A stretch of DNA of 32,000 bases from Bellilinea caldifistulae. Lineage in GTDB: Bacteria > Chloroflexota > Anaerolineae > Anaerolineales > Anaerolineaceae. The stretch lies in contig NZ_LGHJ01000017.1 in NCBI RefSeq assembly GCF_001306055.1, positions 150,001 through 182,000 on the forward strand. Reading direction: 5' to 3'. This document shows positions 18,462 to 26,309 of this stretch, in pieces (position 1 is the first letter of the stretch; every line of letters starts with the position of its first letter). Below the pieces are notes generated by a model. The model did no database searches, was not told where the DNA came from, and saw only the letters and a program-made list of their open reading frames with translations. Both the position numbers and the translations under genes were made by a program.

Positions 18462-19409
18462 ATGCCACCTGAAGCCACTCGCGACCGGGTTGACCCCGAA
18501 AAGTTCGATACCACCCCTCTGCGCCGTCCCTCCTGGATTCGCGTTCGCGCCCCAAGCGGTGAAACTTTTGAACAACTCCAACAATTAATGCGCCGTAAAG
18601 CACTGCACACGGTGTGTGAGGAAGCCGGTTGCCCCAACATGGGCGAATGCTGGGGTGCCGGAACGGCCACTTTTCTGATGATGGGTGACGTTTGCACCCG
18701 CACCTGCGGCTTTTGCGACATCAAACGCGGCCGCCCGGATGCCCTAGATTGGCTTGAACCGGAGCGGGTTGCTCAAGCCGTCAAAGCCATGAACCTTCAG
18801 CATGCCGTGATCACCTCGGTCAACCGCGACGACCGCAAAGACGGCGGCGCGCCGATTTTTGCCATGGTCATCCGCCGCATCCGCCAGATTCATCCTGGCT
18901 GCTCGATTGAGGTGCTCATTCCCGATTTCAAGGGTAGTGTCGAAGCGCTTCGTATCGTGATGGATGCCCGACCGGAGATTCTCAATCACAATGTGGAAAC
19001 TGTACCACGCCTGTTCAAACTGGTGCAACCGCAGGACCGCTATGAGTGGGCCAAAGCCACCCTGAGTAACGCCAAAAAACTCGATCCGGATGTGCTGACC
19101 AAATCCGGTATCATGGTGGGGTTGGGCGAAACAATTGACGAAGTCAAAGCCGTCATGGAAGATTTGCGTTCGTGGGGCGTTGAAATACTCACCATTGGCC
19201 AGTATCTCCAACCCAGCCGCAAACACCTGCCGATTGCCCGTTATTACACCCCTGAAGAATTTGCGCATTTGCGCGAATTTGGCCTGAACATCGGCTTCAA
19301 ATGGGTGGAAAGCGGTCCGCTGGTGCGTTCATCCTATCATGCGGCAGAACAGGTGCGCGCCTTGAGCGTGGTTCACCGCCAGTTGTACGGTGATCCGCTC
19401 AGCAAATAG
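18462..19409 (+). CDS. lipA: Lipoyl synthase (radical SAM)
   Basis: [12 protein letters not shown] (auxiliary cluster), [10 protein letters not shown] (CxxxCxxC radical SAM), and the C-terminal [11 protein letters not shown] motif. Confidence 0.95.
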   Translation: MPPEATRDRVDPEKFDTTPLRRPSWIRVRAPSGETFEQLQQLMRRKALHTVCEEAGCPNMGECWGAGTATFLMMGDVCTRTCGFCDIKRGRPDALDWLEPERVAQAVKAMNLQHAVITSVNRDDRKDGGAPIFAMVIRRIRQIHPGCSIEVLIPDFKGSVEALRIVMDARPEILNHNVETVPRLFKLVQPQDRYEWAKATLSNAKKLDPDVLTKSGIMVGLGETIDEVKAVMEDLRSWGVEILTIGQYLQPSRKHLPIARYYTPEEFAHLREFGLNIGFKWVESGPLVRSSYHAAEQVRALSVVHRQLYGDPLSK

Positions 19410-19426
19410 GCTATACGCAACGGGTT

Positions 19427-20515
19427 TCACTCATCCCCAAGCGAAATTCCCATCTCCCGCGCCGTTTGAATGAGGTCGCTATCCAGGCTGACCCGACGCG
19501 GCCTTGCCAGCGCTTCCTCCAGCGATACATCCACCACCTCGCCGCCGCGTAGAGCCACCATCCGACCAAAACGGCTGGCTGCCGCCAGCCGCACGGCTGC
19601 TCCGCCCATCCGCGTACACAGGACGCGATCGAAGGCAGTTGGGCTGCCACCGCGCTGCAAATGTCCCAGCACGGTTACACGGGTTTCCACCCCGCAGGAA
19701 GCCGCCAGCGCCTCAGCCACCTGTTGACCAATACCACCCAGGCGCGGCAGAAACACCTGATCTCCCTCCATGCGGTAAACCCGCTCACCCCCGGCGGGGT
19801 GCGCCCCTTCAGCCACCGCAATGATGCTGAAAAATGCCCCCGCCGCCACTCGATCCTGAATTTTGGCGCAAACTGACTCGATGTGGAAGGGAATTTCGGG
19901 TATCAGAATCACATCCGCGCCACCGGCAATCCCGGCATACAGCGCAATGTAGCCAGCGTCCCGCCCCATCAATTCCAGAATCATCACCCGGTGATGCGAT
20001 TCGGCCGTCGTATGCAGCCGGTCAATTGCCTCCATTGCCGTGTTTAAGGCCGTGTCAAAGCCAAAAGTAAAATCGGTGCCGTTAATGTCATTGTCAATCG
20101 TCTTGGGGACACCAATGACCGGTACACTTAACTGCTGATACAGTTTCAGCGCAATGCGCAAGGTGCCATCACCGCCGATCACAATCAGGGCATCCAGATT
20201 CAGGCTCTGAATGCGCTCAATCACCCGCTGGGAGGTGTCCTCAACGACCTCAACCCCATCCCGCATCACTTTACGGGCAAATGGATTACCCCGGTTAGCC
20301 GCGCCGAGTATCGTGCCGCCGCGCGGTAAAATACCGCGCACATCCCCGAGCGTGAGGGGGAAGATACCACCTTCGTCCACAAACCCATCAAAACCGTTGC
20401 GTACCCCCAACACCTCACAATTGTAGCGCAGGATGGCCGTCTTAACCACAGCCCGAATGACAGCGTTCAAACCGGGGGCATCACCGCCGCCCGTCAATAC
20501 GGCTAATTTTTTCAT
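19427..20515 (-). CDS. pfkA: 6-phosphofructokinase (PfkA family)
   Basis: MKKLAVLTGGGDAPGLNAVIRAVV, IVIGGDGTL, GVPKTIDNDI, MGRDAGYIAL. The ORF opens at TTG 20542, but ATG 20515 matches the usual family N-terminus. Confidence 0.9.
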   Translation of the reverse strand: MKKLAVLTGGGDAPGLNAVIRAVVKTAILRYNCEVLGVRNGFDGFVDEGGIFPLTLGDVRGILPRGGTILGAANRGNPFARKVMRDGVEVVEDTSQRVIERIQSLNLDALIVIGGDGTLRIALKLYQQLSVPVIGVPKTIDNDINGTDFTFGFDTALNTAMEAIDRLHTTAESHHRVMILELMGRDAGYIALYAGIAGGADVILIPEIPFHIESVCAKIQDRVAAGAFFSIIAVAEGAHPAGGERVYRMEGDQVFLPRLGGIGQQVAEALAASCGVETRVTVLGHLQRGGSPTAFDRVLCTRMGGAAVRLAAASRFGRMVALRGGEVVDVSLEEALARPRRVSLDSDLIQTAREMGISLGDE

Positions 20516-20583
20516 CCCCCTAATTATAGACCGGATTCTCAATTACCTTCTACATTTTATGAGGCTCGCAGATGGGCAGGGCA

Positions 20584-20589
20584 TATAAT
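20584..20589 (+). promoter_or_regulatory. Consensus -10 hexamer (TATAAT) upstream of the photolyase operon
   Basis: TATAAT lies 31 nt upstream of ATG 20621. No good -35 box is present, which would be consistent with activator or repressor control. A GAGGT SD sequence lies 8 nt upstream of ATG 20621. Confidence 0.35.
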
Positions 20590-20620
20590 TGAGATGAAAA
20601 TTGTTTCGAGGTCTTTCCCC

Positions 20621-22018
20621 ATGCCCACACATATCTGGTGGATTCGCCGCGACTTGCGGTTGAAGGACAATCCCGCCCTCCACAGCGCCCTGCAAGGCGG
20701 GCACAGCGTCCTGCCGCTCTTTATCCTCGACCCGCGTCTGCTTAACACAGCCGCCGAAAACCGCCGGCACTTTTTGTTTAATGGCTTGCGTAGGTTAGAC
20801 GAAGACCTGCGTTCGCGCGGCAGCCGATTAATCGTCCGCAGCGGACTGCCGGAAGAGGTCCTGCCGGCTGTGGTAGCCGAAACCGGCGCCGACGGGGTAT
20901 TCGCCGAGGAAGACTACACCCCCTATGCCGTTCGCCGTGACGCGAACCTTGCCAGATACATCCCACTCCAGCGGGTTGTCGGTGTAACCGTCCACCATCC
21001 TGCGGCGGTGGTCAAGCCGGATGGCAGCCCCTACACTGTGTTTACCCCCTTCAGCAAAGCCTGGAAAGCCCTGCCGCTGCCCAAGCCACTACCTCCCATC
21101 CCAGACCATCTTCCCCCGCCGCCGTTCCTGCCAAGCGATCCCATTCCCCCAGCGCCAGAAAATGCTTACTTTCCGGCTGGCGAGGCCGAAGCCGAACGGC
21201 GATTATTGGAATTCCTGGATTCGGCTGTGTTTGCGTACGCCGATGACCGCAACCGGCTGGATGTAGATGGCACATCCCGTCTTTCCCCCTATCTCCGGTT
21301 CGGGATGATTTCCGCCCGCCGCGCCGCGGCCCTGACGATGGAAAAAATTCAACAGACGGCCGATCCCGCCGGGCGTAAAGGCGCCGAAACTTTCCTGAAC
21401 GAATTGATCTGGCGTGAGTTTTACAACGCCATTCTCTACCACTTCCCTCATGTTCTGCAAACCGCCTTCAACCCCGCCCTGCGCAATATCGAATGGCGGC
21501 ATGCACCCGCAGAACTGGCTGCCTGGCAACAGGGCTTGACCGGTATTCCGGTTGTGGATGCCTGTATGCGTCAATTGCTCACCATGGGCTGGATGCACAA
21601 CCGCGGACGGATGATTGTGGCCTCTTTTCTGGTCAAAGACCTGCTGATCAACTGGCAGGAGGGTGAACGCTGGTTCATGCGTCATCTGGTGGATGGCGAT
21701 CCGGCGGCCAACAACGGCGGCTGGCAATGGACGGCTGGAGTCGGCACGGATGCAGCTCCTTACTTTCGCATTTTCAACCCCATCCTGCAAAGCAAGAAGT
21801 TTGACCCCTACGGGCATTTCATCCGCCGCTGGCTGCCGGAACTGGAGCGTTTGCCGGATGAATACCTGCATGAACCGTGGCTAACGCCAGCCGAAATTCA
21901 GCGCAAAACCGGCTTCAAACCCGGCCGCGACTATCCGCTGCCGCTCGTAGATCACGCACAGGTGAAGGAACGCACCCTGCGCGCTTACCAACAATCCAAA
22001 CCACGGGAGGGAACATGA
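20621..22018 (+). CDS. phr: Deoxyribodipyrimidine (CPD) photolyase, class I
   Basis: IWWIRRDLRLKDNPAL, TSRLSPYLRFGMIS, NELIWREFY, and GWMHNRGRMIVASFLVKDLLINWQEGERWFMRHLVDGDPAANNGGWQW. The ORF opens at ATG 20594; ATG 20621 is preferred. Confidence 0.9.
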   Translation: MPTHIWWIRRDLRLKDNPALHSALQGGHSVLPLFILDPRLLNTAAENRRHFLFNGLRRLDEDLRSRGSRLIVRSGLPEEVLPAVVAETGADGVFAEEDYTPYAVRRDANLARYIPLQRVVGVTVHHPAAVVKPDGSPYTVFTPFSKAWKALPLPKPLPPIPDHLPPPPFLPSDPIPPAPENAYFPAGEAEAERRLLEFLDSAVFAYADDRNRLDVDGTSRLSPYLRFGMISARRAAALTMEKIQQTADPAGRKGAETFLNELIWREFYNAILYHFPHVLQTAFNPALRNIEWRHAPAELAAWQQGLTGIPVVDACMRQLLTMGWMHNRGRMIVASFLVKDLLINWQEGERWFMRHLVDGDPAANNGGWQWTAGVGTDAAPYFRIFNPILQSKKFDPYGHFIRRWLPELERLPDEYLHEPWLTPAEIQRKTGFKPGRDYPLPLVDHAQVKERTLRAYQQSKPREGT

Positions 22019-23004
22019 TCCGCAATCAATGGTATGCTGTTCTCGAATCCAGAGAAGTGCCGAGGGGTAAACCGCTGGGGGTCACCCGCATGGGAGAAAA
22101 ACTGGTTTTCTGGCGCGACCGGCAAGGAAAAGTGCACTGCCTGAGTGACCGCTGTGCCCACCTGAGCGCCAGCCTCAGTCAGGGCAAAATCACCGCCGAA
22201 GACCGCCTGGCCTGTCCGTTTCACGCCTTTGAATACGATTCCAGCGGACAATGCCGCTACATTCCATCGCTGGGACGCAATGCTGAACCGCCCAAAGCCA
22301 TGCGGGTTCACAGCTACCCCACCTGCGAGGCGCATGATCTCATCTGGATCTGGTGGGGAGAACCCCGCCCCAACTTAACCCCGCCGCGCTGGTTTGACAT
22401 TGACGAAACCTTCTCGTACAGCGGCTACCACGAACAGTGGCCGGTGCATTACTCCCGCATGATCGAGAATCAGATGGATGTGATGCACCTGCCCCACGTT
22501 CATTACAATACGATTGGGCGCGGCAGGCGGGTGGTCGTGGACGGGCCGATAGTTACCCTGGAGGATGACATCATCCGTATGTGGGTTTACAACCGGGTGG
22601 ATGACGGAACGCCGCCGCGCAAGCCGGAAGAATTACCCCCGCCCCAACGCCCGCCGTTTCTCGAATTCATTTTCCCCAACATCTGGCAAAATCGGATCAG
22701 CAACGATTTACGCATTTTCGTCGCCTTTGCGCCGGTAGATGAAGAAAACGGCATGTTTTACCTGCGTTACTATCAACGCATGGTTCGCGTACCGGTGATC
22801 AAGACCCTCATCAACTGGGTTGGGGTGCTGGGAAGCCGTTATATCGCCAATCAGGATAAGCGGGTGGTCAGCCGGCAGGATCCCAAAAGATCCTCCTTGC
22901 GCAATGGAGAAAAATTTGTGCAGGGCGACCGGATCATCCTCACCTACCGGCGAAGACGGGAAGAACTGATTGCCGAAAACAACCGTACCTCCGCTTCCCT
23001 ATGA
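22015..23004 (+). CDS. Rieske [2Fe-2S] non-heme-iron oxygenase, alpha-subunit-only type (PAO/KshA-like)
   Basis: Rieske ligands C47-A-H49 ... C67-P-F-H70 (nt 22153-22224). Mononuclear iron motif ENQMDVMHLPHVH (E-x3-D-x2-H-x4-H). ATG 22015 overlaps the phr stop (ATGA), with a GGGAGGG SD sequence upstream. The 46-codon extension back to 21877 lies inside phr and is rejected. Confidence 0.85.
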   Translation: MIRNQWYAVLESREVPRGKPLGVTRMGEKLVFWRDRQGKVHCLSDRCAHLSASLSQGKITAEDRLACPFHAFEYDSSGQCRYIPSLGRNAEPPKAMRVHSYPTCEAHDLIWIWWGEPRPNLTPPRWFDIDETFSYSGYHEQWPVHYSRMIENQMDVMHLPHVHYNTIGRGRRVVVDGPIVTLEDDIIRMWVYNRVDDGTPPRKPEELPPPQRPPFLEFIFPNIWQNRISNDLRIFVAFAPVDEENGMFYLRYYQRMVRVPVIKTLINWVGVLGSRYIANQDKRVVSRQDPKRSSLRNGEKFVQGDRIILTYRRRREELIAENNRTSASL

Positions 23005-24530
23005 GGCTCACTTTCCTCATCACCATGTGCGATCTTTCGCTGGCGGAATTGAAAAATTATCCGCCATCCGAAACTCGCATCCTGATGATTGAGTCACAAC
23101 GCAAGTGGCAAGCCCTCCCATTTCACCGGAAAAAATTAGTGCTCGGCATTTCTGCCATGCGCCATTTCAAACTGGAATTGGAGCGGGCCGGATACGAGGT
23201 GGACTACCGCCATGAAGCCGATTTTGCCAGCGGTCTATGGGCGCATTGGCGGCAATATAACCCGCAGCGGATTCTGGCATTTCAGCCACGCGAATGGGGA
23301 ATGCAGCAAATCCTGAGCAAACTGGCGCAAGACCTGCCTCTTGCTCTGCTCCCCAATCCGTTTTACATCCTTCCGCGCGAGGAATTTATCCGCTGGGCAG
23401 ATTCGCAGAAAGACTTGCGTATGGAAACCTTCTACCGCTGGATGCGCAGGCGGGAAAACATCCTTATAAAGAACGGTCAACCAGTCGGCGGAAAGTGGAA
23501 CTTTGACAAGGACAATCGAAAACCTCCACCGGATCGAGCCTACCCCGAACCGCCCTTTGTCGAGCCGGATGACATTACCCGCACCGTAATTGGAATCATC
23601 GAAGGTCAGCCGGGGTTATGGGGCAGTGCCACGGATTTCCGATTACCGGTCACCCGCAGTGCGGCTTTGAAGTGGATGGAGCATTTTTTCCGCTGGCGCT
23701 TTGCCGACTTCGGGCCGTACGAAGATGCCATGCGGCAGGGTGATTTCATCCTGACCCACTCGCTCCTTTCGGCTTTTTTGAACCTGGGACTGCTCCACCC
23801 CAGCGAGTTGATCGAACGTGCCATCGCAGCAGCAGATGAGTACGCCGTACCATTGAACTCGCTGGAAGGATTCATACGCCAGATTCTCGGCTGGCGTGAG
23901 TACATTCACGGCATGTACTGGTATAAAATGCCCGAATATCGTCAGGTCAATTACTTTCAGCATCAACGGGGTTTACCCCGCTGGTACTGGGACCCAGAGG
24001 AGTGTGAACTGGCATGCCTGCGGGACTCTATTGAAATGGTCAAACAACACGGTTTTGCTCACCACATTCATCGTTTGATGGTGCTGTCCAATTTTGCGAA
24101 CTTAATCGGCATCCATCCCTTGCGGCTCTCCGAATGGTTTTGGGCAGGCTTTGTAGACGCATATGAATGGGTGGAGCTGCCCAACGTCCTCGGCATGGCC
24201 ACCTATGCGGATGGTGGCCTGCTGGCCAGCAAACCCTATATTTCGAGCGGCAGTTATATCCATAAGATGAGTAATTACTGCGCTTCCTGCCGCTTTGATG
24301 TGAATCAAAAATACGGTGAGAATGCCTGCCCTTTCAACTACCTTTACTGGGCTTTTCTGGAAAAACAGCGGGACAAATTAATTCACAATCCGCGGATGGC
24401 GGTCATGTACCGAATGCTCGATCGTAAAACCGCTGAGGAAAGAGCAAGCATCCGCCGGGAAAGCGAGCGCTTTATTGCCAGTCTGCCGGAAGAAGATCCC
24501 CGTTATCATTTTGAGTATGACGCCGGCTAA
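23001..24530 (+). CDS. FeS-BCP / CryPro-type cryptochrome-photolyase family protein (PhrB/CryB-like, predicted (6-4) photolyase; COG3046-type)
   Basis: The family-typical N-terminus includes HRKKLVLGISAMRHFKLELERAGYEVDY. Four Cys are spaced C-x87-C-x2-C-x12-C (CLRDS ... YCASCRFDVNQKYGENACPF), matching from memory the 4Fe-4S ligands of CryB (346/434/437/450). ATGA overlap with the Rieske stop. Confidence 0.85.
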   Translation: MRLTFLITMCDLSLAELKNYPPSETRILMIESQRKWQALPFHRKKLVLGISAMRHFKLELERAGYEVDYRHEADFASGLWAHWRQYNPQRILAFQPREWGMQQILSKLAQDLPLALLPNPFYILPREEFIRWADSQKDLRMETFYRWMRRRENILIKNGQPVGGKWNFDKDNRKPPPDRAYPEPPFVEPDDITRTVIGIIEGQPGLWGSATDFRLPVTRSAALKWMEHFFRWRFADFGPYEDAMRQGDFILTHSLLSAFLNLGLLHPSELIERAIAAADEYAVPLNSLEGFIRQILGWREYIHGMYWYKMPEYRQVNYFQHQRGLPRWYWDPEECELACLRDSIEMVKQHGFAHHIHRLMVLSNFANLIGIHPLRLSEWFWAGFVDAYEWVELPNVLGMATYADGGLLASKPYISSGSYIHKMSNYCASCRFDVNQKYGENACPFNYLYWAFLEKQRDKLIHNPRMAVMYRMLDRKTAEERASIRRESERFIASLPEEDPRYHFEYDAG

Positions 24531-24573
24531 GTTGCATTTTCATTGCAAGTACCACAAAATGACCGGAAAACTC

Positions 24574-24601
24574 TTGCCAATTCAATCCAATTGTATATAA
24601 T
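24574..24601 (+). promoter_or_regulatory. Near-consensus sigma-70-like promoter in the 3' intergenic region
   Basis: TTGCCA (24574-24579), a 16-nt spacer, then TATAAT (24596-24601). It lies between the FeS-BCP stop and two hairpins, with no + strand ORF downstream. Confidence 0.3.
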
Positions 24602-24607
24602 AAACAT

Positions 24608-24722
24608 TGTCAATCGCCTGGGTGCCCCCCTCACCCCGGCGATTGATTATTAGCGGTAATCTTACCGGTAGAACCCACAGGAAACGAGAAGAGCCAGCCG
24701 ATCGGCTGGCTCTTTTTCTTTT
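24608..24722 (+). ncRNA. Candidate small RNA (about 110 nt), or alternatively tandem terminators
   Basis: Hairpin 1 at 24611-24645 (caatcgcc-t-gggtg / caccc-c-ggcgattg, 13 bp). Hairpin 2 at 24654-24667 (cggta/taccg). Terminal hairpin at 24689-24714 followed by TTTTTCTTTT. Preceded by the promoter-like element at 24574-24601. Confidence 0.25.
24688..24722. terminator. Bidirectional intrinsic terminator (photolyase operon on +, plsY on -)
   Basis: aagagccagcc-gatc-ggctggctctt stem (about 11 bp), flanked by an A-rich 5' side and TTTTTCTTTT on the 3' side. Confidence 0.7.
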
Positions 24723-24739
24723 ACAAGCCACAAAAATTA

Positions 24740-25351
24740 TTACAGGTCTTTGAGTCGGGTATACAGCCTTTTGAGCGAAGCCCGCACCAGCAAGGGTTTG
24801 CTAAAATCCGCGCGATGCTTCCAGATCGAAAGAACCAACAACAACACCCACACCACCCCCAGTAACCAATCAGGATGATACAGCCATAAAAACGCCCCCA
24901 GCACCCCCTCAGAGAAAACGACCACCCAACCGCTGTTCTCAAAAATTAAGTAAAAAAGCCCCATGGCCGCCCCCAGAATAAGAGGGGCTTCAAACAGGGT
25001 CAACCCGGTCCAAACCCCAAAAATGGAGGCAATGGCTTTACCGCCCTTCCCCCTCAAAAATGGTGAAAAAGCATGGCCGAGCGCTGGAGCGACAGCAATG
25101 GCGGCCATCCATGGCAAGCTCGGACGATCAAACCAGTAAACCCACCCAACCGGAACGGCGGCCTTCAATCCATCCAGTAAAATTGCCAGACCGCCCCACC
25201 ATCCCCCTCCGGCACGCACCAGGTTGGTAGCGCCCGGATTGCCATCCCCAAACCGGCGAATGTCGCGGTTCAGAAGAATTTTACCCAGCAACAAAGAATA
25301 AGGCACACTGCCCGATAAGAAGGCAAGTGCCAGCCAGAGCCATTCATTCAT
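24740..25351 (-). CDS. plsY: Glycerol-3-phosphate acyltransferase PlsY (acyl-phosphate dependent)
   Basis: GSVPYSLLLGKILLNRDIRRFGDGNPGATNLVRAGG, and GHAFSPFLRGKGGKAIASIFGV. About 5-6 TM helices. Starts 4 nt after the crtB stop. Confidence 0.9.
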   Translation of the reverse strand: MNEWLWLALAFLSGSVPYSLLLGKILLNRDIRRFGDGNPGATNLVRAGGGWWGGLAILLDGLKAAVPVGWVYWFDRPSLPWMAAIAVAPALGHAFSPFLRGKGGKAIASIFGVWTGLTLFEAPLILGAAMGLFYLIFENSGWVVVFSEGVLGAFLWLYHPDWLLGVVWVLLLVLSIWKHRADFSKPLLVRASLKRLYTRLKDL

Positions 25352-25355
25352 GCCC

Positions 25356-26267
25356 CTATACCTGTGCCAGCAGCGGCGGTTTTAAGCGCATCACCTTCCA
25401 AAGAATACCCGGCAGCAACGCCAGTTTTTGCAATGCACCGGTATGCGCCCTGCGGGCATATACATTGTAGTTCAAAGCCTCAATTTCATCCAGAATTGCC
25501 GCGTACAACAGCGCAGCCGCACCAACCGCCGGACGTGCGCGCCGCGAAAGCAACGCAATACCCGGAAGAGCCTCTTTATACAGGCAGCGAGCTCTTTCAA
25601 TTTCAAACTTCATCAAGGCAATGAACCGTTCGTCGTACACCTGATCGCGAATGTCTTGCAAGGTCAGCCCAAAACGCGCCAGATCTTCCTCCGGGAAGTA
25701 AACCCGCCCGCGCCGCGCATCTTCTCCGACATCCCGTAAAATGTTGGTCAGCTGTAAAGCAATCCCCAGTTGAATGGCATAGGGTGCAGCCTGGTCAAAG
25801 GTGACCCCCTCAGCCAGTCCGATAATTGGCATGGAAAGCAACCCAACCGTCGAAGCGACCCGGTAACAATAAACTTGCAGTTCCTCCCAGGTGGCGTAGG
25901 GCTTAAAGTGAACATCCATGCACACACCGTCAATTAATTCGCGTTCGTACTTAAGGTCAACCCCGTAGCGTTCGCGAATCAGTGACCAGGTCAGCAGAAC
26001 AGCATGGGTTTGCTGTTGGGGAGGCAGAGCCGTTTGCGCCCGCCAGTTTTCAATATCAGCGAGGGTTGCCTGATCCGAATCGACCAGATCATCCGTCGCC
26101 CGGCAAAAAGCGTACAGGGAACGAATTGCCCGACGAACCGAAAAGGGCAGCAACCCGGTTGCAAAATAAAAGGTTTTGGAATGCTCCCGAATGACCTGCT
26201 CGGTGGCGCGAAAAGCCGCCTGTAAATTCGGCGCAGTCAGATGAAGTTCAGCAGATTGCCATGACAT
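25356..26267 (-). CDS. crtB: Phytoene synthase (squalene/phytoene synthase family)
   Basis: SKTFYFATGLLP, YAFCRATDDLVD (first Asp-rich motif), and QLTNILRDVGEDARRGRVYFPEEDL (second motif). ATG 26267 has a GGGAGG SD sequence 7 nt upstream; the ORF opens at ATG 26282. Confidence 0.9.
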   Translation of the reverse strand: MSWQSAELHLTAPNLQAAFRATEQVIREHSKTFYFATGLLPFSVRRAIRSLYAFCRATDDLVDSDQATLADIENWRAQTALPPQQQTHAVLLTWSLIRERYGVDLKYERELIDGVCMDVHFKPYATWEELQVYCYRVASTVGLLSMPIIGLAEGVTFDQAAPYAIQLGIALQLTNILRDVGEDARRGRVYFPEEDLARFGLTLQDIRDQVYDERFIALMKFEIERARCLYKEALPGIALLSRRARPAVGAAALLYAAILDEIEALNYNVYARRAHTGALQKLALLPGILWKVMRLKPPLLAQV

Positions 26268-26309
26268 TCGGGAGCCTCCCATGGAATTAACTGATTAACC
26301 CTGAAATCA

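Noticed and set aside
20548-20555. An 8-mer shared between light-cluster regions: TTCTACAT at 20548-20555 and its complement ATGTAGAA at 27888-27895. Considered as a possible common operator.
   Set aside because: A single 8-mer match between two ~100-bp regions on either strand is expected by chance at appreciable frequency. The second copy lies partly inside the CrtD-like coding end.
21877-22014. A 46-codon N-terminal extension of the Rieske ORF (MANASRNSAQ...).
   Set aside because: It lies entirely inside the 3' end of the photolyase gene in another frame and is Arg/Ala-rich, low-complexity translation. The family-typical N-terminus (MIRNQWYAV) begins at ATG 22015, with a GGGAGGG SD and an ATGA overlap.
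24740-25351. PlsY as a dedicated carotenoid (glycoside) acyltransferase.
   Set aside because: The sequence carries the canonical PlsY motifs (GSGNPGATN-like GDGNPGATN, and KGGKA), so the housekeeping function is the parsimonious call.
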